This document shows, piece after piece, positions 41,242-56,225 of a stretch of 64,000 nucleotides of DNA. This DNA is from Raillietiella orientalis (taxonomy: Eukaryota). The notes below the pieces were generated by a model, which searched no databases, was not told the origin of the DNA, and worked only from the letters and a program-made list of their open reading frames with translations. The position numbers and the translations under genes are program-made. The stretch's first letter is position 1. Every line of letters begins with the position of its first letter. Where the stretch lies: positions 3,100,001-3,164,000 of the forward strand of contig JAYWIR010000006.1 in the NCBI GenBank assembly GCA_036172245.1. The letters run 5' to 3'.

Positions 41242-41327
41242 GTAGATGAATATATTTCACAAGCCTGGTATGGCTTGGCAGTAATAGCATTTTAATATGC
41301 CCACTTGGGATAATGCAGAGTGTTAAA

Positions 41328-42140
<813 letters not shown>

Positions 42141-42354
42141 ATTAAAGTTTGCTATTTGTCCAACTGCTGTTTTACTATTTTGTGCAACTGACTACAAATA
42201 TTCAATTTAGCATTTTCCTTGAACGGCTATCAGCTAAGGAAGCATTGCACACAAATAAATACAACGATACGATCTTAAGCATCAATATGGTTCCAGAATG
42301 CAATGACACAAAACTAGTTTCACTTAAGGCATAAAGAACCATGCAAATCTACAC

Positions 42355-42387
42355 CTGCAGAAAAGAAAAGAAAAAAAAAAAAAAAAA
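42355..42387 (-). promoter_or_regulatory. Strong splice acceptor of a probable 5' UTR intron of Ral
   Basis: Minus strand reads a long T tract then cttttcttttctgcag|gtgt, about 215 nt upstream of the Ral ATG. Confidence 0.55.
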
Positions 42388-44869
42388 CCAGCGGATACAC
42401 AACGTACAAGCAAACTCAACGTGAGCAAAAGACAATAAATCAAAGCAGGAGATATCAGCACTGGAAAGTCGATTCACCAACGTGTTTTCCCGGTTGTTAT
42501 CTGGACACAACTCCTCCCCACACTCGGGTTCGGCTCGGATCCGTCAAGGGGCCAAGCCCTACGATTCGCCGATAATAATTGTCGGTCGGGAGTGATCGGC
42601 GTCGTTTACTTTTCCTAATTTGCTTTCAGGCATGGAGCATTCGGTTTCCCGAGAGAACTTCCAACTGGCCAGGCTTTTTTTTTTTTTTCTCTCCCCCGGT
42701 CTTTTCCTTCGAGGTGAACGTGCCGATGGAACCGACGGGGATCGATTCTTTTTCGGACTTACGAGAGACAAAATTTTGCAAGTGTCTCGAGGAGCTACAA
42801 GAAACTTTCGAAATGCTATCGGCTCAAAACGTGCAGCATCCCTTGATCCCGACGAGTTGTCTCCGGGGGATGGTAATCCTGCCATTAAAGGGGGGGGGGG
42901 GGGGGGGGGGGAGGAATTCTGCGAAGAAGAAGAAAAAAATGAAGGTTCGGTGGTTCCTTCATCGTGTTAATCCACGGGCATCTCAGGTTTTCGTACGTCT
43001 TGGAAGGAGTGTTTCCTTACCGGACCTTATGAGAACAAAGACAGTTCGTCAGTTCTTTGTCTTTCGGCAGTTTCTCAAGTGCGCCTCTTCAGCACACGAG
43101 AGCGAAATTTTTGCCGAGCCGGCAGCTGGTTGCTCGTGAAGATGGGTGTGTGATTGTGAAGATAATGTACGATATGAAAACGAACACTCACACACTGATA
43201 TGCAGTGGACTCGGAGCTGAACGCAAAGATGATTATGCAAATAAAAAACGGACTGAAATGTCTGATGAACGGACGATCACCAGGAAGCTCCACGCTGCTG
43301 TTTGGAAACGAGCAGAATGAGAACTTTTTGTATTGGCGTTTGACCTTCCGTTTTGGTTCACATTGCATTTCACATCACAATGCTGATTCAAAGTAATAGC
43401 TTGCCAAAAGTAGAGGGCGCAAGCTCTTTTTAAAACCTTCCTTGTCTCGTTGGAATGATCAACGTTCTATCATTTCAAGTCATGAATTCTGCCTGGGAGA
43501 AAACGAAAAACCAACCAACGTTTTCATGATTCGTCCATGTCATACATTAACAAAAAAGGAAAAAACAGACTCCTGAAAACTTAGCCTAATGAATTCAGGT
43601 GTAAAATGTGCAATTGATAAGCAAGCACAATGTGCCTGTAAATGCTACTGTGCCCAATAGCCCTGACTACTGACAGATACTACATTCTGTTCCTCATTTC
43701 ACTTATGCCACATATGATGAAATCCTTCACATAGAGTTCCAATTTCTTCCATAGCACAGTCATTTTTTTTTTTTTTTTTGGAGGAATAATGGTTGACTTA
43801 GCGAGTAATATGCGCTGCAATGCACTCTATGCTGAATGCTAAGCAACTCTGTGACTTACAGGGAGAAGGCATAACCACCAAAAATACTTTCACCTTAAAC
43901 CCGAAGGTTTAAACAGTTCCGTTCTTTGAAAATTTTTCTTTCAGAGGAACACAACGTCCATTAAAAAAATACCTTCTTAACAGATGCTGTGCATTTTTTT
44001 TACACAGCAGCAATCAATGTAAGCGTATAACAACTTTAGAGTGTACACATCGAATGCACTGCTTCTACTCTTGAGTGCTTTCTCTCTAAGAAACTGCTTG
44101 CGTGCTCGCTGGTGTACCGTCCAGAGGTTTTCCAGGATGAACTCCCGTTCAAACCACAGGACAGATGCATTACAGAAGCACTGTGAAGAAAGTACACAGT
44201 TTACCCGCTGTAAGAAACTGATGCTATATATGAGCTGTAGAAGCCGAGTGCAAGAACTTCTTCAGGAGTCTAAAATGGATATTCTAGCTTCCCAGTATTT
44301 TGGAAGATGCCAGTTGCTCCCAGGTAAGCAATTCAGAATCGCCAAGTAGCCACGGGAGTGCAAACCGATTTTTACGATATCGAAAAGAAAAAAAAAATAA
44401 AATCAGCCTCACCAAGAAGTCGTATCTACACACTGCAGGCACGGATGGCTTCCTTCGGTAGTCAGATTGACCGATCTCGGACAAACATGAATCGAAGTGC
44501 ATCGCATAATTTTATAGGAAATTCTAGAAGTGAAGGCTAGAAAGTAGCCTCTGTCAACTGCATGCAATTAAATCATTGTCCATCAACAATGGACGTCATC
44601 GTAATGCATTCAAAAAAAGGCAAAAAAAAAGTGATTCATGACTTTTTATCACGAATTTAGCATGAAAAAACACTTTGAGTATTTCCGATCTTTTGTGGTT
44701 CTCGCCCTCCAGTACAAGGATTCACAAGGAAACCGTGAAATCCAAAGTCTCGAATTTCATCGAACAATTTATTGACATTCTCCAATCATGAGGATTTATC
44801 TTTTGATAGATGCCAGAATTCTCCACAAGCGGTGAAAGGGTTCGGAACGCACTCTCAGCAGCTCGTAAA

Positions 44870-45060
44870 GTTCAGACTTTTGTGGAACCCGGAAAGGATC
44901 CGATCCTGGAATTTCCTCTCCTCCAGGAGGGATCCCCCGCAAGGGATCCGCTCCTGTTTACTCCTCTGAAGAGAACCCAGAAGGGACGCTTCCGAAATTC
45001 AGAAGGACGCAGCTTCCCCGAAGAGATCGGGCTCGCTTCTCTGCACTCTCTGGAGAAGTG
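44870..45060 (-). mobile_element. Partial (body only) copy D of the SINE-like family
   Basis: Reverse complement reads cttcggggaag...gcgtcccttctgggttctcttcagaggagtaaacaggagcggatccctt, matching the internal repeats of copies A-C. Confidence 0.7.
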
Positions 45061-48000
45061 ATGGCGACACACCTACTCCGTCAGTCCGACGCGGAGGGGT
45101 CCCCCCCCCGCCCCGGAATAGGGTCCGATCCTTCACAACCGGAGGGGAGCTCCCGACACTCATCGGTCGCACGTGCACGGTAAAGTGGACCTGGGGGGGA
45201 GCCGACATCCTCAGAATCTCGTATGCTTCGTTGAAAGCACAATCTTCACTCCTCATCCGGCAGGATGGGGGATGAACGACAGTAAGCTGTTGATCATTCC
45301 CCATTCTCGTTCTCTCGGACTGCACTACCGGAGCACTCTCTCACACTGCTACAACAGCATACCGACCATTCGCAGGCATGTGAAAAAGACACCCACAGTC
45401 AGTATTTTCGCGGGCGCAGATTTCTTGTCCGTAATCAGGCAAAAGCGAGTAAAAGTGAAACAGAACACGGACGCATTAGCGGCATTCTAATATCGTTTGT
45501 CAAAGCTAATTGGTTGGTACACAAGGCTTCTGTCTTAGCCTCTTGCATAACTGCGCACTCGATGTGACACAGCAGTTGCCAGACGTTACAGCTCTTTCCC
45601 CCCATACGGCTGCAGGTAGATGACTCCTTGCCTATACCTCCGTGAAGCATCTAAGCAGTGAAACGCTCATCGTCGCTCTCAATCGTCGAAGCAAAGGCTC
45701 TTGTTCCTTGCACCTCGAGGAATCCTGGAAAACACATTAAACACGTCGCAAAACGCATTCGGAGCCGCGTTCGTCCACGCTGGGAAATCGCACCTCAATT
45801 GTCAAAGAGTAAAAAGGAAAGGTCTTCCGTGATAATTTATCTGTTTCGCCTCGAAACGAAAGCAACCATCGGAGCTGCATGCAGGGGTCACAGCGGGCAT
45901 GTGTGCGAGGCGTTTCCAGCAGCACAGTCGGAGGCAATGAAAACGAAGATTTGAATGCAAGGAATGTCGGGACAGTTCAGGGAATCTATGGAGGTCGTTT
46001 CTCCGTCACATGGTCATGCTAGCTGCACCACGAATGGCGCAGAGGGCAGGGCTCAGGAACGGAACAAGATGGTGGTGGTTTTGTGCATCTTGATGAAGAC
46101 AGCGACGTGACCGCACAGCAAGGTGTACACATGCGGGAAGGTTCAGCCCTTTGAACTGGGAAATCAAATCAGGGAGAGCAGAAGGAAGGGTCGCTGCAAT
46201 CCCCTGCTGTCCCCCAAGAAGACTCCAAGATCGTGGCGGCGCGCCGGCATTCGTGCCTCGAAGAGAATTTCAGAGGTCATCCGTGGCCCAGCAGGAAATA
46301 GGGAGAAAATGGGCATTCCGTTTCGTTGTTGTCAGATTCCACATACACGAGGATGTGTATGTGAGTGGAAGATCATTGAAAAGTGAATCTTCGAAGATGT
46401 ATTAAGAGACCACTCACAAACGCCATCGTGACCTTGAGAGAGCCGGTGCCTCCTTCTTGCGTTCATCAGGTGATAGGCAAGCAGGCCTCGTTGTCGAGGG
46501 TAGCAGGGGAGCAGTTGGTGTCGGGAGAGAGGCGTGGTGGCAAACTGATTGTGCATCGTCTGCTACCCTCCAGGTGGCAGCAGCACGGTCCTGGTCGGAA
46601 ACTCGGGACAGCCCTCCTGGGACGCTTCGCCGGGGTCCGGGAAGCCATGAAGGAAGGGAACATTCAGAGGAACTGCCTCCTCCCAGAGTGACTGGGGAGT
46701 TCTTCCCTTGAGAAGCCGACGAATGCATGGCAGCGGCCGCCGGCTACACAACAGAGGGTCAGGGAAACACCCGGTCCTGTTGCTTGGAAGGAACAGAACG
46801 TTGGGTAATCGAAATGGAGGATAGGGAATTTTTTTCCTTCTTCTTTCTTAATAATTTGGAGATCGGAAATGCGCGCTGTAGAATTGCGGGAGGGAAACGG
46901 GTCGTGACGTCACGGGTCACCCATTCCCGGCGAAGGGCAGGAGTAAAAATCGAGGAGAATGCCGGAAGAATTCGCGGCCACGAAGGCGATAGCGGTGACA
47001 TCATGCGCAAGCTCGGGAGGAGGGGCGAGCAGCCACGGAACGGAGGAGCGGCGAGCGACGATCCATCCTCCGCGTCCCGCCCGATTAGCCACGCCGAATT
47101 CCATTCGAAAAAGCAAAGCCTCTTCTCCCTCCACCCACCCCGCCCCTCTTTCCGCTTCCCCGAGCTTCGCACGGAAAGCCGGGGTCTTTCGTTTCGGTCA
47201 CCGCCGCCGCTGCGAAAGGAAGCCCCCGGCAGACCCCAGCAAATCCAAGCAGCAGCAAAGGAAAAAATCCCCGCACGTCCGCTCGACTTGCGCCATCCGG
47301 CGCTCAGGTCGCTGAACTTCGGCATCCAGGGTTAGAAGGGGGACGAGCAGGAGGCGGGGAGGGAGGAGGAGGAGGAATAGGTCTTCGGCGCTATCATGCA
47401 GTCGACCGCTCGCGCACTCTCCATCCGATCTGCTATCGGGAGATCGGGTGGCGTGCTGGCTTTTCCTCCCTTCCGCTCCCCCCCAAAATGGACCGCCGCC
47501 TGTCGGAGATAAACAGGGAACAAAAGACAGCCGAGGGTCTCTAGCCGATCTCGCGGCGAGATGCGAGCCGACAGTCCCGGAGCGCGGGCCGCTTTTCGTC
47601 CACAGGACTCTGAACAGGAGGAACTATACCGAGCGGGGAAGGGGTCGGGAGTGCTGTAGGGGGAGGAAGGAGGAGAAAAGCTCATTCCGGGTTCGGGAAC
47701 GGGAGGCGGCGGCGGCGCTCGGTCGCCACGCCGCGGGGAAGGAAAGGCGGCGGCTTTCGGAACCGGATGCCGTCTCCTTGGTGCGGGGTCCTCTCTCGGA
47801 GCAAGCCGGAAACGGAAGGCGTTCGGACTTTGTACGCCCTGCCGTTTCTGTACATAAAGTAATGTCTGGAAGGAGGAGAGGGAGTTGCCAGCATCCTCTT
47901 TGCCCCCGTCCCTTGTTCTTCGCTTCTTCCCACGATTTCGGGAGGTCTTCCCATCCCTGTCGGGGGAGCGGCGATCCATCCTGCGCTTCCGCCGGAGCAT

Positions 48001-48720
48001 CCCGGGAATGCTATACGCTCTCCCACCTGATGGGATTCGCTCCCGGAACGGCCTAGCTGGCAGGTACCAACTCCCGGCGTTCCAGAGTTCCTGATCTGGG
48101 TCTCAGGACTCGTCATGCTCCCCAACAAACACCACCTGCTTGCTGGCACACCTTCTGAGAGTGCGCCACAGACCTTCCTGACCTCTTTCGGAACTTCCCC
48201 ATGGCGGGTCTGCGAGGCTGCCGGCGGCCATTGTCCGCACAGGCGGAAAGTCGAGCCGCGCGCGCCGCATGGGTGAACCCATGAGCTGAAGTCCGCGTGT
48301 AGCACCCAGCGAACGACACGGGTCACCTACCCTCTAATTCCCGTTCCGTAATGGTGGATGACGCGTGACGTCGAGTCGGCATTGCAGTCCATTTCCGCGT
48401 GGGAGTGTGGTCGGCGGTCGTCCGCTTCGCCTGCCGGGACTTCAGCATTATTGGAAGGGACCCGTCCTCTTTCCTGAGGAATTCGTTCGGGGAAACTCCG
48501 CCCTGGAGGCCTGCTTGACCCCTTCCTAAAGCCATTCGAAGAGCCAGAAGCACGCTATGGTTTTGGGACGCTCACGTGTTGTTCTCGACGTCAGGGACTT
48601 TTTCTTGCATGTACGTGGATTTCGCACATGCCATGTACGAGCACTCCTAAGGCCTCGTGTCCACCAAGACTCTAGGGAGAATTTCTGCGATAAATGGCGG
48701 AGCGCACCTTCCGATGCATA

Positions 48721-49280
48721 CTCTGGCGGTCGCGTGGCTGAGGCCTCCGCGCGCACGCGCAGCACCGAGTGTCGCGGGTTCGAATCCCACCCGAGGAAGT
48801 ATCGATGCCGAGAATGCGGGGTTGGGGTGCGTCCTGGTACACAGTTGTGATCCCTCCCCCCTCAGGGTGACTCTGGTTGGCCTTATAGGCTTCAGGTACG
48901 GCATAAGTGGAAGCCGGATGCTCTCGAATGTCCCCGTTGACTGCCGAGATTGGAAGTTGACTTTCCGGGGTGCTGCCAGGAATCAAGGAAACAGTTCCCT
49001 TCGGGGTTCTCTTCCGGTTGTGAACATGGAGATGATTGATTGATACCTCTCCAGAGCTTCAAGAAGCACGCTGTTCCTTCAGAGGAGTAAACAAGGAGCG
49101 GTCCTTTCCGGGTTCCCTTTGGAGAAGAAACGAGAAGCGACCCCACAAACAGGGGGTCCCTCCGGGAGAGAATAAGGAAGAGGCTTCCTTAGGTATTCCC
49201 TACCAAGCGCAAGAGGAACGGACTCCTTCCTCCGGAGCCTTTCTGGATTCATAGGCTGGTCCCTTAGGGATCCTCCCTCT
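48721..49280 (+). mobile_element. tRNA-headed SINE-like element, copy B
   Basis: TGGCGGTCGCGTGG A-box-like, GGTTCGAATCC at 48777-48787, core at 48946-48971, 3' block shared with A and C. Confidence 0.82.
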
Positions 49281-49830
49281 GAAGTGGCAGGAGTCGGCGT
49301 TTCTGGTGTTGCATGGGAAACTCCCCAGCAACGCCCGTCGATCTCACTGTACCTGGGGAGCTGTGAGCCCGAACTGCGCAGGGAACGGGAATCTCTACCG
49401 CACCTGCTTGTTGACTGTGTTGCCCTCCGGCCCCTGTGGTTGCGTTTCGCAACGGCCCTTGGGGCACCTTCGAACGCTCCCAGAGACGTGTTCAAGCGCC
49501 TCTTTGTGAGCGATGCCCTTTAGCCTGACGCAGCCCTAGCAGCACTTTGCTGCCTACGAGGGATTGTGGCGGCCTGGACCTACGCCAGAGATGGACAGCG
49601 CGATAGGGACACCATCTGCTTCGCCCTTGGCTTCCTGAGGACGGCAGCCAGATGGCCCCATCTGGGACGTATCCGGATGGAATTTGCCGGCATCCTGGAA
49701 AGGATGTAGAGGACGGCCTGCAGTGGAACGTGATCCCTTCCCCAGCCTCCCTCTCTTTGTAAAGAGCGTTCTTTTTTTCTTTTTTTTTTTGTTTGCCCCC
49801 ACCCCCTCCACTGCCGAGTCGACCTGGAAC
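49281..49830 (+). mobile_element. 3' end of an L1/Tx1-type LINE
   Basis: KWQESAFLVLHGKLPSNARRSHCTWGAVSPNC..RESLPHLLVDCVALRPLW (zf-RVT), then the shared C-terminus, tgatcccttccc, a T tract and ctgccgagtcgacc. Confidence 0.85.
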
Positions 49831-51599
49831 TCTCGAAGAAGTTCACGACCATCGTCCCCTTTTTTTGACATGCGACGAAATCCCCACATCCAGGCCTGAT
49901 GCGTCGTGGGTCGCTCAACACCGTCTTGTGCTGCGTCTATGCAACCGTTAGTGTTATTTGGGAATACAACCATGAAAAGCTGTGAGTCAACGGTTTTAAC
50001 AGGTGCCGGCTCAGCTTTCCCCTGGTCACATATGTTTTTTTATTGTATATTCGGTACAATTCTAAAGAAACGCATTCAAGACATCTTCATTTCTGCACGA
50101 AAGGCGCCGTCATGAACTCTGCGTGCCAAGCGTAACATTGAAAGCATTCAATGAAACCATGATCAGCTGATTAACCCTTTGAGTGCTGTGGACGCATGGA
50201 TGCGTCCCACGAAAATTATCGGACTATGCACGCGTCGACGCGTCTGGCAAATGTTTCTACTACCTCGTACACGCGACTTAATTTGGCACTATCCACGTTT
50301 GAGATGGACGCCTGCACTCACGTTCTTATCATTCCCTTAGCAACGGCAGCAAACGAAATTTTATTTCTATCGGCTAACCAGTGTCCGAGAGGTGACTCTC
50401 TGAAAAACCGAGAATAGCATAATGTAGTTGTGTCGTATACGATTTATTATGCTCTACCACGCCCAAATGAATTATTGATTTCATTGGAATTATTATTTTT
50501 AAATGAATACGGTACAAAAAATGAAACGATTCTATTTAATGAGGTGTAAATAAACAATTACAATAGTAAATTGAATCAGCACTTTATGTGGTCAGTCGGT
50601 ACCTCGATCGAGCACGCGGCACGCGAGAAAGCGTGCCGTCCGCAGAGGTCGCCACTGCGACTCGCGTGTGGTCAACACAGGACGTTTCCCCTCATCCAAA
50701 GGAGTACATATATTCGTGTTACACTGTATGCATTAACAATTATTTCTAATAGAATCAAGTGATATGGTAGCGCGATTCCATGTACACATTTCGCAGTTCC
50801 TGTGTCCAAGTCATGCAATGTTCAATGAACATTACGTGTAGGCGTATACAAATGGTAAAAGCACTTTATTGAACGGAGTCACCCGTGTGTCATCCGTGGG
50901 GGCTCCCGATGATACGAAAAGGAAGGCCACGCCCTGATCCACAGGGTGCCGCCGCGGCCGCGCTGTGAGGAGGCACGGAAAATCTCTCTGTAAATCTGTT
51001 GAACTTCCAGGCGCTTCCGTGTTGTCGCAGCCGGCCGGCAGCCTCCAGGTCGCTGTGCGACGCTCCTCTCCTGCGTTCGCGTTGAGAGATCCCGAGTCTC
51101 GTTTCGCTGTTTTTTTTTTTTTTTTTTTCCGTTTTCCCTTCTCTCTGGCGCATCAGCTACCGCGCGCCGGACGTTCCAGAGACCTTGGAAGGCGACGCCT
51201 TCGCCCGCTTCCGGAGCTTCCGGTGAAACCTTTGGCCTGTTCCGCCGGGCCGCCATCTGTCGCTAGGGAACCGGTAGCTCGCCTTGCACCTCCACCCACC
51301 CACACGTGCCCTGGAAGGTGCACGTTCTTTCCGCGGCTCCACAGCAGCCGCACGCGCTGCTCGCTGCCGCCGTTTGGATTTTCTCCCGGTCAATCCGGGA
51401 CTCCAAAACACACGCGCAACTTTTGTAATAAAACGCTCCAATGTCCATATTCGTAGTGGAATTGCAATCTCACTACGCGGATAGAATCCTGGAGACTGTG
51501 CTGCTCGAGAGCAACTTGCCGAGAGAGGAACGCGCAAAACAGACAGCAAACAGGCAAAACAAAAAAGATGAATGCATAAGTGGAGCACAGGAGGTTTCA

Positions 51600-53700
51600 G
51601 AAAATGTTGGGGAGTAAGGAGGCACGGAAAGGCTCACAGATGCCTGAGTGGTGTCCTCCTCATCCTTTGCCGGATGCTCCCTCCATGTGCCGAGAGAGAT
51701 GTGGTGCTCCTCAAGAAGGAGATTGCTATCCGGATGGAGTCTCTGGTCGTCTGTCCTCTGTCATTGCGGATCCCAGCCACCGCTACGACACCGGCGTCGA
51801 AGCAGCAGGGATCGGTGCTGCAGGCGACATTCCTCCGCGAAGGAAGAGGCGCCTCGGCAGGCTTCTCGGGTCGCCTCTCGGTGAGTCCAGGGACGCAGCC
51901 GAGCCACTCCGGAGGGCAGCACACTCGAAAGGCAGGTGCGGAGAAGGTTGTCTTTCCGCCGCATCTGCCACGGTCCAGGGCCGCACCTTCTTTGGCTCAG
52001 AGTTGGAAGCGCGCGTTGCGTGGGGCAACCCGATGTGGCAGTCGCAACGCCAAGAGCTTCGGGCATCTTTTCCGTGTCACCGGCACTTGGGCGAAGAGCT
52101 TGGACATGAGCCCAGAGGACTTACGGTTCCTCGCAACGAACTCGAGGAACGGGTGAGAGGCAGGAAGGAATAGGACTAGAACTCCATCCTCAGAAAGAAG
52201 AAGCGGACCGCCAGACCTGCTTAACGGTGGGGTGAGAATCTCCTGCATTCCATCGCAGGGGCGACTCGGACCTTTCGGTCGCCTGGCTGGCGAGGCGAGT
52301 CCAGTTGAAGCCAAGGGACCATTGGAGGGATTGGCGAAAATAGGAGAGAGGGGAACTGCACCGGGTTTTGGGGGTCATTTCCTGCCTGCCTTCCTCAGGG
52401 AGACAACGCTGCCGCTGCAGAGGAACTTCCCCGTAGGGATGTTGGGGTGCCCGACGACGCGTCGCAGACGAGGAGAGCCGTCGGCAGGCTTGCAACGCCA
52501 AGCGACCTCCGGCCGCTGCCCCCACGCGCATTGTCGTGGGGGAAGCTTCTATGAAGGATATTCGTTCTGCTTGCATTCCCCCACGCGAGGCCTGCGTGCC
52601 ATCACTGCGCACGCAGCCCAGTCGACCCCCTTCCTGTGGGGAGCGCGATCCATGGACCAGCGAGCGAAGCAGGAGGATGCATCTCGAGGCGGCAGCAGTC
52701 CGCATCTTCGTCGCCCTTCGCTTCCTCCCGTCCTTTTGTCCGTTGCCCCGCAGTCGACCCTCGAGTCGGCGCCTGCCCCGAGGAGCTGACTCCGGCAAGG
52801 GGACGAGTGGCTTTCCTTCGCTTCACGCGGTTGTTTTCCCCACGCCTCCTTGGGAAAAGTAACCGCCCGCGTCATGACCGCGCGTTGCGGAGCCTGCGGG
52901 CAAGACGCTGCGGCGGTGGACGGGAACTGAACCCGACGCACCTTCGTGGGCCCAGCGGGAGGGGCCAGGTCCATGGAGCACCGGAAACCTCATGGTGTCT
53001 GGAGGCAGAGTTCCAGGACGCAATCCTGGAAAAGAGGGAAGGGATGCTCCGCTGCCCTTGGCGCGAAGCGACGGTCCGCATGCCCCTCTCTTGACAGGGA
53101 CAGCGCGCGCCATCCCGGACACGGTACCTGCCCTCCCCCGTTTGTTCTCTCGCCGTGTGCCTGAGGCTATGGCGGGAGACAGGACCTGCCGGTCACTTCT
53201 GGTGAGGCGCGAGAGTCTCCCAAGGCGATTCCCGGGGTTCTCTTCTCAAGCGGAGGGTCAACAGGCACCGTGCGACATGGGCAAGGGGCGAAGCGCGGCT
53301 GCAGCGGTTCACTCTAGCGGCAGACCGGAGAGACGGCAAACGAATGGCGAGTGCCCCGGAAGCTCGCGAGAGGGCGCCTTTCGTTGTCTCGTGGAGCCTG
53401 GGCGCTTCGACGCGACCAGGGTCCCATACCGTGCGTCCACGGGGACCGAAAACCTCGGATCCCGGATACGACCGGGGCGTCCAAGAGGACGCGGTTCGCA
53501 CGCGGACGCTTTCGCTTCCATCGCGGCGAACTTCCTCGCAAAGACTCGACGCCGCCGCGAGTGCGTCGCACTGGCGGCGTTTCCCAGCGACGATTCAGGT
53601 CACCCGACGACCAACACGCCCGCTGCTCCCAGCGTGTTCCTTTCCGAAGCCGCCTGGAGGAGAGCGAGGGATTCCTTTTTTACGTGGAACGGAAGCTTTT
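51600..53700 (-). mobile_element. Decayed, internally deleted L1/Tx1-type LINE
   Basis: SRIASWN near 53030 (start of the APE endonuclease); HLPFECAALR...PRRLFLR near 51830-51950 homologous to the zf-RVT tails of the other copies. Confidence 0.7.
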
Positions 53701-55812
53701 TGTACAAGAGTCCTGGACCGGACTTCTGCTCCTCTCTTCCCTCCAAAGAACGCTCCCCCCGCCCGTGGCACCGTTTCGAACCGCTTCGAGAGCGTGTGGG
53801 AAGATCTGCGTGTGGGAGTGGGCATTAGCAGGGGAACTGGTTTCCGCCTGCTGCCCTGCGACAGGACCCGAGTCAGCTGCGTTCCTCCCGTAGGCATCAT
53901 CTCTCCGCAGCATACTTCAGAAGGAGGCGCACCGAGCACGTCGGAAGGCATTTGAGCGAGCCTGAACCAGCCGGAGCACAAACAGCAAGGCAGAAAGAAA
54001 GGCGATCTCAGAGGACGAAGCGAAATTACGGTGAACCCACCCCCGTATAACGCGCGCGAGATAGGTCCCCGCGTTATACGAGCCGTATGGATAACACGAT
54101 AACGTTTGGAAGAGATACCAAGTGCTACTTAAAACGTATACCAGAAGGATATCCATTATTCCACTTCTACACTCACCATTATCAACAGTAAAAATACTAC
54201 CGATATAAGCGTTTATAAACACTATCAGATAGAAATAATCAGTACCGAACTCCTGGGACTCCTGGAACTCCCGATCAATCAACACAGCCAAACACAGTTC
54301 CATAGCCCCCTCACAAATTCCAGGCAACATCATAATTAAAATCTCATATTCATTCCTCGTCGCAATCATCTGAAACAAAGAGGAAAAAGTCAAGAGTGCT
54401 TGTCTATTATAATTGAACTTCGTCGAACACCTTTAGAACTTCGCTGATGCTTAGCCAATTTGAGCAATTCAGTCGTTTCAGCTCCGTCATTCTCCATATC
54501 GAGAGACGCGTCTTCTCGCGCAGTTTGAACAAAATGGAATCCAACCCACTTGAATCACGTGTTCGCATTCTTCTTAAAAGCTGCTGAACGGACGGTGCAC
54601 CACGGAAGTGGAACTTGTCCACGGCGGCGCGCGAGCCGCTCCGCCGTCTTGCACGAGGACGGCCGCTCTCTTCGTCGCGTTGTACGAGGGCTTACCGTAC
54701 AAGTGGAGGCGTATGAAAGCAGAGGCAAAAGAAAAGCGTGTCACGTTTGTCGCTGCCCGCTTACTGCCGTGGTTGGGCGACGGCAGAGGGAAGAGCACCC
54801 ACCGACGGCCATCTCTTGCACAAACGGAAACAGTGAAATGAGAATGAAAAGGCAATGAGGATACGAATTTGCTGCAGGAACCGTGTGGAAGGTTACGAGA
54901 CACATATGCACTAAGGTACAATAAGATACAGATGTGTACGTTTACCCAAAATGCTCGTGAAGAACAATGTGACTCGATGAGGACACCGTTTACTACGGAA
55001 CCAGGGCGGTTCCTCCTGTTCCAAGGTTGGTTTCGGGTGTCCTCGACTTAACTGCCATAGCACCATGTCGTTATGTGCATCATCCGTTCGTTTCCAGATT
55101 GGAAGACGCAAATACGAAATGCGGCTGTATCGAACGCGGTTGTCGCGAGCTCCTGGTCGCAGCGGGCAACTGACCTCTTCGTGTTTCGTTAGGGAAAGTT
55201 TATGCATGTGGGGGGGAGGTAAATGGGGTTCTTGGTCAACAGGGAAATCTCTTTGCGCTGCGAAGCCTTTTCGGCTGCTTACGTGCCAGGAGAGGCCGTA
55301 GCCCCTGGTGACCAACATTTCGGTAAACTAGAGAAAGAGCTCCCTCTAACGAAAGACATTCAGAGATTTTGCACTTTGCTAACATTTGGAGCACCCGCAA
55401 AGAACGACTTAGCTGACACAGTATTACAAAAAGGGTGCAATGACCAAGACAGGGAAGGGGCAAGGCATGCGGCGGTGATTCCAGCAGCTCATTCACAAGT
55501 TCAGAAAGCTACGCCAGCGGCCGTGACCTTGTGCGAAAAGAGTTAGGTAACATCCCAATAGAGTAGCATCTTAAAATCCCTTCATTTTCCTTATGAAGTA
55601 CCTTAAATATGATAATCGTCTCTTGTACTGTGAATCTGGGATTTGTTAAACAAAAAAGCGTTCGCTTACATTCCGTGCAGTCCACTCATACAATTTTGGA
55701 GATAACGTATAGGAGTAATGGATGCCGCTGTGCTCTTTATAACCCGGTTTCCTGTGTACATAATCCACAATACTGATTCATGTAAACATGTAGGGTCACG
55801 AAAATCCATGTA

Positions 55813-56225
55813 CCTCGCTTGCAGCCCTGTGCTGCCTACGCGGGATCGTCGTGGCATGGAGCAAAGCGACGGGAGGATCCAGCGACAGGGATGCCACCGT
55901 GTACGCCACGCGCTTCCTGAGGATGGCGACGCGATGGCCCCATCTGACATCCACCATCCAGCAACAGCTTGCCGGCATCCTCCAGAGGATGACGGACCCT
56001 CTCAGCAGACTGTGATCCCTTCCCGCTCCCCCCCCCCCCAGTTTTGTTAATTTTTTTGTTTTCTTTTTGTTTCGTTCCCCCTCCCCTCTGCTGCCGAGGT
56101 CGACCGCGCCGGTCTGCGCACCGGTAGCCCGGCAAGCTGATACTTTCCAGGGCGTGGCCGGTCCAGTCACAGATTATAGAGGTTTGTTCGGAAGAATAAA
56201 CGTCCCGGCGCAACAGGGTTTCAAT
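55813..56225 (+). mobile_element. 5'-truncated LINE insertion with a 14-bp target-site duplication
   Basis: CGAAAATCCATGTA at 55799-55812 and 56226-56239 flanks sequence homologous to the LINE C-terminus and 3' UTR (tgctgcctacgcgggat..., gccggcatcct, tgatcccttccc); AATAAA at 56195-56200. Confidence 0.85.

Noticed and set aside
45200..46700. Further LINE remnants (CR1/L2-like HCYNSIP on +; LLLSL and DRAA motifs on -)
   Set aside because: Motif matches are too short and degraded to support coordinates or a clade.
48721..48797. Functional tRNA gene
   Set aside because: Has A/B boxes but no clean cloverleaf or T-run terminator, and continues into a repeat body shared with other copies; treated as a SINE-like head.
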